Shown: positions 14,001 to 25,400 of the stretch, in pieces
How the letters are laid out: each line of letters starts with the position of its first letter
How positions within the stretch are numbered: the first letter of the stretch is position 1
DNA from: Lingula anatina
Lineage: Eukaryota > Animalia > Brachiopoda
DNA length: 64,000 bases
NCBI GenBank assembly: GCA_051362555.1
Contig: CM120640.1
Location: 68,178,788 to 68,242,787 of the forward strand
Direction of reading: 5' to 3'
The notes under the pieces: generated by a model
Database searches by the model: none
Seen by the model: only the letters and a program-made list of their open reading frames with translations
Told to the model about the DNA's origin: nothing
Translations under genes and position numbers: made by a program

Positions 14001-15312
14001 TATGATAAAATAACAAAACACATCTTGATCTATTATAGTAATTCATCATCAATTTAATTGTAAGTCTACGTTTAGTCTATTCAAGTGGGGAAGTTAAAAA
14101 TGTTTCATTTATGAACATCAGTGCATGAGAAATAAAAAACTAACATAAGGATAAGTCTATAAATATTCATAATCTTTAGTTATGAAAAGAAACAAGTAAA
14201 ATAAGAAAACAAATGTACACTATAGTGTAGAACAGTTTTATTAGCTATGTTATTGTAGTAGACTTGTGAAGATTCTTTTGTCTATAGTCACAACCTATCA
14301 CAACCTCATTCCCTGATGAAGTCTGACTGCAAGCAGATGAAATATTGGCTGGTAAGACCAGACAAATATAAGTAGCTATAGACAAAAGAATCTTCACAAA
14401 TCTAAATTTACACTATATTTGTACCTCTAGCTTTTAACTCCTCTGCTCTCTTTTTGTCTTCTTGTGATAGAGAGGCCTCCGGTGGGAGAACTGTGACCGG
14501 CTCTGCAGCACTAGGTACCTTCAGATGAAACAAATTATTAAACGTTTCCTTCAAGAAATGGTATCAGACAGTACTTTCAGTGCTTTGATGTTTTGTGCTA
14601 TCATGTTCTGTCTGTGAAAATTTTCAACCTCCATTCATGAAAATCTATCAAAACCTTATGGTAACACAAAGCCACTGTTAGTTTGAGTAATTTGTGAACA
14701 AAATAAGCACCATAACCATTCAATATCTCTATAAATTTGAAAAAAAAAAAATTCAGAATCAAAGTGGAAGTGGTTTACTTTGAAAATATACCTGTTCTAC
14801 AGCCAGATACTCCTGAAAGATCTGTCTTAGTGGTTTAGGAACACGTAAAGCTTCAGCTGCTGCTGCATCTTCATGATTTATATGATATGCCTGCTCCAAA
14901 CACTGTCTTGCAACTGGAAAACATTAATGTCAAATTTAACTGTCAATGAATAAAATTGTCTACCACCAAAATCATAAACTTAAGAACAAGTTAATTCTTT
15001 ATTACAGTTGAATACGTGACAAATATTGGACAAATATCTGATTATTTCTAAAGCAACTTATATTTATCAGCAATAATAGCTTGGACTAACAAAAGAAGGA
15101 CATGATACATAACAATTAATACTCTAATTAAATTGTATTCCGAGAGGAAAAATTATAATGAAAATGTTACTACATGATTGAATGATGTGGAAAGAAAATG
15201 TTGGAAACCAACCTTCTAGACTTTCTGCTTCTTCTACTGAAACTTCTCCACTAGAAATCTGTTCTCCTATATATTCTATGATAGAATATGCTAGTCTATG
15301 GTTAGCAGCCAT
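11042..15312 (-). CDS. SGTA: Small glutamine-rich TPR co-chaperone SGT (SGTA/SGTB orthologue)
   Basis: Exons 15213-15312, 14792-14913, 14425-14518, 13576-13675, 13332-13436, 13051-13192, 12546-12617, 12296-12333, 11877-11948, 11381-11502, 11042-11061 join in frame. They encode the dimerisation domain ([23 protein letters not shown]), TPRs ([29 protein letters not shown]) and a Q/M-rich tail ([39 protein letters not shown]). A probable non-coding exon lies at ~16062-16130. Confidence 0.95.
14221..14417 (+). ncRNA. Degenerate hammerhead-ribozyme-like motif within an inverted repeat (Penelope-like remnant)
   Basis: CTGATGA 14313-14319, stem II gtctg/cagat, GAAA 14339-14342, stem III atatt..ctggt/accag..aatat and an AUA triplet. 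Flanked by ~29-bp inverted repeats (tagacttgtgaagattcttttgtctatag / ctatagacaaaagaatcttcacaaatcta). Stem I does not pair well. Confidence 0.45.
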
Positions 15313-16776
15313 TTCTGAAAAAAAAATTGTCTAAAAGTAACCAATTTGCTATTACTGGTACAAGCCAATTTGGATGAAATTCAGTACCTTAAACCTGACA
15401 AAGGTCAACTAGAAAAAGTTCGTCATGGTGTGAAGATGTCAGACAAAGACTTTTATAGCATGGCTTAGAAGACATGCACACATGGACAGACTTTACGAAA
15501 GGCCAAAAAATAAGAAAGAAAAACAAAAAAAAAAAAAAATTGACAAAAAATAACTTGCATAACAAGTTGTTTTTTTATTTAATGAAAAAGACGCTGTGGA
15601 ATGACACAAGGACTAAAAACAATACAAGTATGAAGAATGTGTAGCTAGTAATATCAAATGTATGTCCATAAAAACGTCTGTTATTGTTAATCAGATAACC
15701 ATTTCACACCTTGTTTTTGGCAATAACATATGCATCTTGAAACAGCACAATAAGGCAGTCTCTTTCATCCAACTGAAGCTTTGATAGGGACTGTCCAGCC
15801 CGAGTCTAAGTTCCTTCTTCATTTTATTTCTTTTTTATAAAAATAAACTCAAACTGTGAGCTTTCATCAAGTTCACGTGCACTTTCTCCAACTCGTGGTG
15901 AACGGTACATGCAAATACATACATATGTTCCATAATTTAAGAACCCGTAATAAAGCTGTAACATTTATGTTGCTAATGATCAAAATGATAACTTTAGTAC
16001 TCCTGACACTCGGCACACACTATTTTCCTCTCCTACAGATCACAAGTCCGCCAGGGTCTACCTTCTTTCCAATTTTAGTAAACTTCCGTTTCTCTTCCTC
16101 ACTTCGTTTTCATTTTTTGCCACGCTTTGCACCAACGAAGTGTTTAAAGTTCAACAACGTCATTTTCTAAACAAAAGGCTTATCCATGAGTACTGTGTAT
16201 GACTGATAATGAAGAAACAGAGGATCAAGTCTGTAAAAACGCAAATAGGGACAGTCGGGCTGACGTCACGCGTCTTAGCAAACGGCATCTGGGGTAAAAC
16301 AAATCGGGCAACATGGCGGATCGCATTGACTTCTATGTAAATGTTGGCAGACTTTGTCCGAAGATATCATACTTCACAGTTCCTGAACACTTGTGTCAGT
16401 AAGGATGAGTTATTTACCTGGTCGATTTCTTTTACAGGCCTTTGTAATTAGCCGCTACACACCTGGTTAAGAGATAAAATCGGCCTTAACATAACTGCCG
16501 ATCGTTATCTGTGATCCGGAAGTTTACAGCAGAAGATTTTGTAAAGGCAGTGGTTGACCATTTGTGTCTGGCGGGTTGAATCATTTACCTGGACTATTGA
16601 GTTAGCGGGCCTTTGTAATAAGCTACTGTTTAACTTATTACGGGATAAAATTGGTCTTAACTGCATACCCAAATGTTCACCCTAAGTATATACATGTACA
16701 TAAGTTGGTGATATAGGAATGGCTTCTTAGAACGTGGATCGTAAGAAAGGCCTGGAAAATGTGCAACACTGAGAAG

Positions 16777-19242
16777 TTATTGTACCACCAGCGTTAGCGC
16801 TGGCAGTACACATGGTTTCGGTCCCGTCCGGATCGTTCCGCCGGCTCCGTTGGCTCCGCCGGACGGCTACCGTTACCGCTTCTCCTCCTAGACGGTAAGG
16901 GCCCCCGTACCCATCTCATGGATTTAGGTCACCTATAATCTCAACTCGTTCCACGTAAAATTTGGGCTTTGTCGGTATTGGGGTCTGGGTGTGGCACTCA
17001 TTGCAATGCACCCTTGTCTAAAAATGGCAAAATTAAATGCTAATTATCTACCCTACGGAAGGAGTTATGGGAAAAATTTCTATAGACGGCTTTCCAAAAG
17101 TCATATGTGTAGATTTCAAATATACCCTTGGATTTGACCTTTGACCTTTACTTCAAGGTCAAATGGGCCAAAATTTTCAAAAAAATGAAATTTTTTACGA
17201 AAAAAATTTTTTTTGCCCTGTTATTCAGACACCACATAGACTTAACCAATAATATTATTGGAAGGTGTTACCCTTCAGGTCATCTTTCATCTCCATGAAT
17301 TTGGGGTCAATCGGTGCATTTTCACGGGAGTAGCGGCCATAAGATACCGAAACTGAAAACTGTCTCTAATTCGGGAACCGTTAATGCTAGAGACCCATTC
17401 TTTTTTGCATTTTGTAGAGCATGTAAAGCCCAACATTGGGGGTGGTCTCGGTTTTTTTGTATTCCATACGGTTTTCGAGTTACGCTGTATCAAAAAGTAC
17501 ATATTGGTGGTAAAAGCAAAATGTGCAGTACGGTAATGGATAATAAATTTTGAACTCTGGAAAAATAAAACATAAGGCTTGGCAAAGCAGACAACTTGTG
17601 TTCAAAAATGACATTATTTCATCAAATTTGAACTTCTGAAACTTCAGAGCACCTCCTAATTCAAGAATTTTGACCAAAATGACATTTTCTTTATTTTAAT
17701 TAATTTTTTCTGTACAAAATTTAAGGCACATTATGGTAACTCCAAAATTATAACATTTAGTCCCTTATATCTCCAAAACTGGCAGAGATAGGTCCATAGT
17801 TACTATTGAAGTTGAATAGGAAGTCATATACTGGCAATCTTACTATGACCTTGAAAGTGACCTTTGGCCTACTTTTCACCATGAACTGAACTTTGCAAAT
17901 TTTTCTTCCCTTTTATCTCCAAAACTGGCAGAGATAGGTCCATAGTTACTATTGAAGTTGAATAGGAAGTCATATACTGGCAATCTAAATGTGACCTTGA
18001 AAGTGACCTTTGACCTACTTTTCACCATAAACTGAATTTTGCAAAATTTGCTTCCCTTTTATCTCCAAAACTGGCTGAGATAGGTCCATAGTTACTATTG
18101 AACTTGAATAGGAAGTCATATACTGGCAATCTAAATGTGACCTTAAAATTGACCTTTGACCTACTTTACACCATGAACTGAATTTTGCAAATTTTGCTTT
18201 CCTTTTATCTCCAAAACTGGCTGAGATAGGTCCGTAGTTACTATTGAACTTGAATAGGAAGTCATATACTGGCAATCTAAATGTGACCTTAAAATTGACC
18301 TTTGACCTACTTTACACCATGAACTGAATTTTGCAAATTTTGCTTTCCTTTTATCTCCAAAACTGGCTGAGATAGTACCGTAGTTACTATTGAACTTGAA
18401 TAGGAAGTCATATACTGGCAATCTAAATGTGACCTCAAAATTGACCTTTGACCTACTTTTCACCATAAACTGAACTTTGCAAATTTTGCTTCCCTTTTAT
18501 CTCCAAAACTGGCAGAGATAGGTCCATAGTTACTATTGAACTTGAATAGGAAGTCATATACTGGCAATCTAAATGTGACCTTGAAATTGACCTTTGACCT
18601 ACTTTTCACCATGAACTGAACTTTGCAAATTTTGCTTTCCTTTTATCTCCAAAACTGGCTGAGATAGGTCCGTAGTTACTATTGAACTTGAATAGGAAGT
18701 CATATACTGGCATTATAAATGTGACATTAAAATTGACCTTTGTCCTACTTTTCACCATAAACTGAACTTTGCAAATTTTGCTTCCCTTTTATCTCCAAAA
18801 GTGGCAGAGATAGGTCCATAGTTACTATTGAACTTGAATAGAAAGTCATATACTGGCAATCTAAATGTGACCTTGAAATTGACCTTTGACCTACTTTTTA
18901 TCATGAACTGAACTCTGCTAATTTCTTTCTCTTTTAACTTCAAACTTGACAGAGATAGGTCCATAGTTACTCTTGAACTTGAATAGGAAGTCATATACTG
19001 GCAATTTACTGTGACCTTGAAATTGACCCTTGACCTACCTTACGAAGAACTTAAATTTGATTGTACCATATATATTTTTTGCAATAGTTTAAAAATTCTT
19101 GTTGATTGCATTTTTACAGCTTGTCAAGCACAAAACTGGTGGCTGTGTCCCTTATTTTGTGTATGTGGGGGTCTATACGAATGCGCTTGCTCCAGCTGGT
19201 GGTACAATATTCGGAGGCGGTATCGCCTCTCTGATCCTCTAG
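16777..19242 (+). mobile_element. Non-autonomous Helentron/Helitron (HINE, DINE-1-like) carrying a satellite array
   Basis: 5' subTIR tattgtaccaccagc with adjacent small IR and ccg/ccgt-rich tract; 3' subTIR gctggtggtacaata (19195-19209), hairpin gaggcg..cgcctc and terminal CTAG; inserted at TT with no TSD. Confidence 0.8.
17761..19040. repeat. Tandem array of ~8.8 copies of a 146-bp monomer
   Basis: The atctccaaaa register recurs at 17769, 17915, 18061, 18207, 18353, 18499, 18645 and 18791 (period 146); monomers are highly similar and contain TGACCT motifs. Confidence 0.97.
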
Positions 19243-21217
19243 TTAGAATTGATTTCTACAAATTGTGATTAAATAACCTGCTGCTGCAATAGCCAGGGGA
19301 ACGGGATAGGAGCAATGTCATCAGTCCCATGGCCTCTTTGGTCTGTATACAGTACGTACATGTATATTAATGCAAGCCTGGAAGGACAGCATAAACAGTT
19401 GCTTGCTAACTTTTTGGAAGAGAAGACACGTGGTGTTACCTGTATTAATTTTTGCAGCTATGCGTCTTTGAGTGTTTGCAATCTTATTGTGCACTTTTCT
19501 GGTACGAAAATTGGCGAAATATCATAGAAGACAGAACATTAAATTTCAAAACGTACAAGGTTAAAATTAAATTGAATAACAAACACGGTAATAAAGCTGT
19601 ATGTTATTTTACCAGTTAAGGTCGCTTTATTTATGGCAACTTTTTTTATATATTTTACTTGATAACTTAAAGATTTAGGCATTAACTCACAGGTTTGTCA
19701 ATATATTGATGTATACCAGTATATTTTTTTCTTATCTTTATAACGCCCTCAATTAACTTACAACAAAAAAAGTTTGACGTTATAGTCCATTAATTTTAAC
19801 TAAAAGAATTGATATACCGTCACACACGCCAACACAAGATGCAATCTCAATTTCTTGTAAATACTACTTATTTATTCATGTAACTAATGACAAACATAAA
19901 TACCAAACAAGGTACAATGACTTTCTCCTTATCTATAATTAAATGAACAATACACACATACACAAATCTCGTAGTGCATGTATAGCTATAACCAAATCTT
20001 GTTTCGATCAACAATCCCGTCTTTAGTCACGTTTGCATGACCTATTGCCTGCAACAGTCGTTTATTTTTCCGTTGATCTTTGAAATTTAACAAATCCCAT
20101 AAGATTTTATTAATGTGTTGGTAGTGTCACCTGGTGCACAGCAAGCTTCCACCATTTCACTTTTGTACGCGTGCCTTAAAGTTAAAAGGTACCGGTTCAA
20201 TTCAGTAAGCTTGAAAATCTACCCGTCATATATGTGTCAGCAATATGCAACGCCAACAGTTATTAGTACATTTGAAAGCTTCCTTGATATTATCAGTTGC
20301 TTCCATATGGTTTTCTTTTCAAAGAGATGTCAATAATATGCTCATCCAGGTAAGCAAATGAGTCTTTGCAATGTACCACTGTAAGAGTCCCGATCACAGA
20401 TAACGATCGGCAGTTATGTTAAGGCCGATTTTATCTCTTAACCCGGTGTGCAGCGGCTAATTACAAAGGCCTGTCAAGGAAATCAACCAGGTAAATGACT
20501 CAACTTCACTGACACAAGTGGTCAGGAACTGTGAAGTATGATATTTTCAGACAAAGTCTGCCAACTTTTTCATAGAAGTCAATGCGATCCGCCATGTTGC
20601 CCGATTTGTTTTACCCCAGATGCCGGTTGCTAAGGTAAAGTGCCCGGATGACCGACTGTCCCTATAGCACGAGCACATGTGTTGCAGCCATTTTGTCGTG
20701 TAGGGGTATTACGAAAACGAAAACGAGACTGTACATTACATCATCCAGGAATCCCCCAACCTCAGCCAGTCACAAAATAGTATTTGTGAGTGAAACTGAG
20801 GTTAATAAATTATGTATAATTAGCTGGGAACTCCCCGAGATTTTCACCCCGTCTCTCTTTTCGAATGTAGTAAAATATATTGTCCAGAAAAGAAACAACA
20901 ACGTATTCCTTATACATGTATTTGCACATTCCCCGTCAGTTTGAAAACTCGCCGGACATACAGGATTTTTTATCGGACCGAGACGAAATTTGCCAGGCTT
21001 GTCCGACGCCTTTCGTAAAGTCTGCATGGATTAACCACAGAGTATGTGAGCAGAAAACGCAGATATATTTAGAGACAGAATTAGGCACACGTTTAAACAA
21101 TAATGGTACGCGACATGGCAAAGGCTGTGAAGTTTCAGCAAGGGCATGTTGGACATAGAGGGAAACACCATATTTTCATGCAAGATAGTATAATGTGCAG
21201 TACAGATGGCAAAAAAA

Positions 21218-21218
<1 letters not shown>

Positions 21219-21282
<64 letters not shown>
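21219..21282. repeat. (TA)n microsatellite
   Basis: About 32 perfect TA units. Confidence 0.97.
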
Positions 21283-21286
<4 letters not shown>

Positions 21287-22407
21287 CAGTAAGCACTGTA
21301 TAGACAACCCAGGAGTGACAGGACACAGGAAGTAAAAAAAAAAAAAGAGTTACTGACTAGGATTAGGAACTAGTCAGAGAGAGGAGAACATACCCAATAA
21401 TGGTCAATCTTTTGCATGGCAAGGATTCTATGACACACACTTATACTTAATATGTGGGTGGAAACAAAGACAGCGTCCTGGAGAGCTTATGAGGAACAAC
21501 ATCAGAGATAAGGATCATTTTAACCTATTTTTCTTTTTTTGTGTGTGTGAGGCATGATATAACATTAATAGAAAGACTTCGGCTAAAATAGAGTTATTTA
21601 TTTATGCAGCGATGAAGTAATTCTTTCACAAAAATTTTAATCTTTCCATTTGGTACTACTGCAGTACAACGTAAAAATACATGGAGGATGATACGAGGTG
21701 TTTTAGAATAAAAATAAAAGTCATTACTGGGAAACCATTTATGAAAGAGTTTGAAACATTTTGACACAAGCTATAGACACTATAACTTACAAGAGACAGT
21801 GCTTTATTTTCGAATTTTCGCTTTCGGCACTTCACATGACTTGACATGGAAATTGAAATTGAGGGAAACACTTCAGTTTCAGTTGTATCCTTAACAAAGA
21901 CAACACTTCCAGTCTGTATGTTCTAAATGCGTAAAAGATATCTGCTTAAAAGATATCTTCCATGCCTCTTATCTCTTTGCTAAACTCTTTTAAGACAGGC
22001 CAAGTATGTGTTCGATAAAGACTCACCTGATCTTTCACGATAGGAAGTTGGTTGCAGAAAGCGGAAGTTCTTTCTGCAACGTGTTTATGCGCAAGACTGC
22101 GCTAAACAGAAAGGTCATCGCGCATATTTAGAGAAAAAGATCATGCGTCGTGCAGAAGAAAAAGTTTCAGAAACGAACCACCTTTATTAACAACGTTATA
22201 TGTCAGGAAAACATGAGTATAATAATAGTTTTTCTTATTGAAGTGTAAGCTACAGTTCAAGGTCACCGACAGAGGGCACATGATACATCCGATCGGCGGC
22301 CATTGATGCGGCATCTCCAGGACGTTTTCTTGTAGTGAAATTACCTTTATAGGTTGTTTCTTAGTGTAAGATCAACCCTCTGCATTACCAGACTGTGAGA
22401 AATCACA

Positions 22408-25400
22408 ATGCCGTCGGAGTTGGAAAGCTGGAACCACAGCAAGGTTATCCAGGTGTCTAACCTGGCTATGACCTGTACAAAAGAACAAATCAGGACATTG
22501 TTTGGTTACCTCGGAAGGATTGACGAAGTTAAGATGTATCCAGCAGAGTAAGCAGTTTTATCCGCTGGTAGACCAGTAATGCCCTATGTAGATAGGGGTC
22601 TAAAATGAGAACAAGATTGTTCACCTGAAATTGCATAACCTGTATTACAATGAAATTCATTTATTTCTGTTAACTAAGTTATATTGTTAATAATAGTCAT
22701 GCATGTATTGGCTCTCTGTAAATGTTATTTATCTGTGCTTATAGCCCCAGTAAACCAAAGAATTATGTATTAAATGTCACAAATGACAATATTTTATGGG
22801 CACCATGTTATGTCACTGTAGATTGATCATATCAATGGTTAATATTTATAGGAGAGTTGCAAATGAAAAATGCATTTTGGTGTATTGATTGTAACAATAT
22901 TTTACTCTAGTCTCTCATACATTGAATTCTTTTTCCAGGGACAGCCCCATTCCAGCAACATCTAAGGTATTTTATGTAAAGTTTGATGATCCAGTGACTA
23001 CTGGAGTAGCCTGCCACCTCACCAACACTGTCTTCATTGATAGAGCTCTTGTTATTGTCCCAGTATTAGATGGTAAGTAGAAACTGACTTATAATGCCAT
23101 AGTTAGCTTGAGCTTTCTCTCTCTATATGTCTTTGTGAATATAAAACAACACGGTTCTGTCATATTGATGAGAATGTAAAGTAATCATCCTCCAGCAATC
23201 CTATTTTTATTTTTTAATATAGTCATCATTGCTCTCAAACATATCAGTTAAAAGTAAAATGATTTTCCCATCACGCTGAAATTAGTTTAAAGAAATTATC
23301 TGTATGACTGTCTTTTAAACATTTCTAGGTAAGATTCCTGATGAGCAAACTGCCCTGCAGATCTCTGCCCCAGGGGCCTCTCAGCCAGGTCAGCCTGTGA
23401 TGGGCACACCCAACTGGCCACAAGATATTGTGAACCAGGTAAGGAGGTGTCTGAAAGAAAACTGGCAGTAAGACTTTTAAGAAAATGGTCAAATTGAAAT
23501 AATCTATTCGTGAACTGCTTAGATCTAACACATCAGATGTTAAACTGGACTGTTATCTGTATGAAAGATTTTGATCTAAAATGTCTGAGTAAATGTGAAG
23601 GTGAGGGGGATACAACAAATATGTACTTGAAAGCAGTTTGCTTAGCATGAAATTGACAATTAACTTGACATTTTGTACTTGAAATATGTCTATTGTAAAA
23701 ATATTTTCTCAACTTTATAATATTTCAGACAACGGGCATGGGGTTAAACCAGGTGCATACCACCTATGACCCCAAGTTGTCAGCCATGGGTCTGCCCCAG
23801 TACCCCCCTCTCTCTGGCACCCTGGACCCCCACAAGGTAGAGGAGATACGCAGGACTATTTATATCACAAACCTAGATACCACAGTAAGTTTATAGCACC
23901 AGCTGAACTTGTGTCTTAAAGCAAATTGATTACAAGCCAAGATTGTAACATTATGTAATTTACTTTTAAATAAGTGTGTAGTAAGCAATATGTTGAATTT
24001 GTTTAATGTGAAAATTGCTTTTCATTTTGTTTAAAGTCATTTGGTCATTTATAGGATTATGTAATTTAGCTTATTGCTGAGCAAGTAGAATTAGCAGTAG
24101 TTAGCAACTAACAGAAAGAAAAGAAAACTTACTCCAAACACAAGTAATTTATTGAATTCACTTTTTCTTAAAGGTGACATCAGAGATGCTATTGACATTC
24201 TTCAGCCAGATAGGGGAGGTGAAGTATGTGCGTATGGCTGGAGACGAGGCACAGCTTACCAAGTGTGCTTTTGTGGAGTTCTCAGAAATGAGCTCTGTGG
24301 CCACTGCCTTAACATACAATGGTGTGGCTTTTGTAGGGAAACCACTCAAGTAAGTAATCTGTTAAAAAACAGACTATTGACAGTGTAACTTGCTTTACTT
24401 TGCGTAAAGATTGGTACAAAGATTGAAATATATTTCTTAATTAATAAATTTGCCTTATGAAAAATGCAAAGAAAGTAATATTGTGAATGTTAGCACTTTT
24501 ACTTTATTTTGCCCATCTTTTATTTCAGAATTGGACATGCTAATAATGCTATTGTGAAACCAGGTGCATCAGCTATGATGCCCTCAAGAGAAATGGAGGA
24601 GGCAATGAAGAAAGTGAAAGAAGCTCAGTCTCTCATCACCTCAGCTGTTGAAACGGGTTTGTTCTGTTACATGGCTAGATTGTGCATATTACTATAAAAT
24701 TACTTTTCTATATTAGTTGATAAAACAGATTCATTCTCAACTTGGAAGCTAAATAACAAGAGTGATACACTACATTTCAGTCCAATTTGAGGATCTTGAA
24801 CAATGATTTTGTGCCTGAATGTGACACCTTGGAAAAAGCATCCTGTTTCCTAGTTGTCACATTTGGGCACATAATAATTCATGTTATCCAAGTCCATAGA
24901 TGCAGGATCAAAACATAGTGTATGGCTCTTGCTTTTTAGTCTCAAAGTCAAGGATAACTTTTTTATCACTGTGTACATTTTTTAAAGGGCGGCAAAACTT
25001 AAACATGCAAGCCTAGAATGTGATGTTTGTGACCAAACATTTTTTCAATGAGAAAAGAAAGGCTAATGAGAAGTAATGTTTTTGATTAAAAAATGTGTAT
25101 TTTTTCTTTCATTGCAGATCTTGGTAAGCGCAGCAGGTCACGTTCTCGCTCAAGAAGGAGACGCTCCCGTTCAAGATCTCGTAGAAAGTCCCGATCCAGG
25201 TCAAAGGGAAGGTCAAGAAGGTCTAGGTCTCGAACCAGAAGATCTAGTTCAAGGTCAGTTTTTGCATTTAAGGCTTTCAAAAAGTCTTTTTTGTTAATAA
25301 AAATATATTTTGGTCGAGCAAAAGCTATGTATTGCAGCGTATTAAATGGAGTTGTGTTGAGACTATAATAATAATAAAAGATACCTAACATTAATTTTAT

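Larger units (their letters stand above)
16245..20665. mobile_element. Non-autonomous DNA transposon with ~285-bp TIRs (AT-flanked, possibly ISL2EU-like)
   Basis: 16245-~16530 and ~20380-20665 are long inverted repeats (atagggacagtcgg... / ...ccgactgtccctat; ggcatctggggtaaaacaaatcgggcaacatggcggatcgcattgacttctatg mirrored exactly). No transposase ORF seen; the superfamily call is inference. Confidence 0.85.

Noticed and set aside
16412-16660. atttacctgg motifs resembling the U1 snRNA 5' end
   Set aside because: Downstream sequence does not match U1; they belong to a degenerate internal duplication of the TIR.
17761-19040. Regular repeats as a CRISPR array, and ORFs 18015-18275, 18161-18466, 18752-18994 as a repeat protein
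   Set aside because: Monomers are contiguous with no unique spacers, the context is eukaryotic, and the 146-bp period shifts frame each unit, so the ORFs are artefacts.
21103-21326. IYIYIY ORFs
   Set aside because: These are translations of the (TA)n microsatellite.
21656-22050. Possible minus-strand exon (donor at ~22026) and 71-aa ORF divergent from SREK1
   Set aside because: No consistent multi-exon model or recognisable protein could be built.
24810-24871. Pre-miRNA-like hairpin in an SREK1 intron
   Set aside because: Complementarity extends outward to ~180 bp, which fits a decayed foldback MITE better; no known miRNA recognised.
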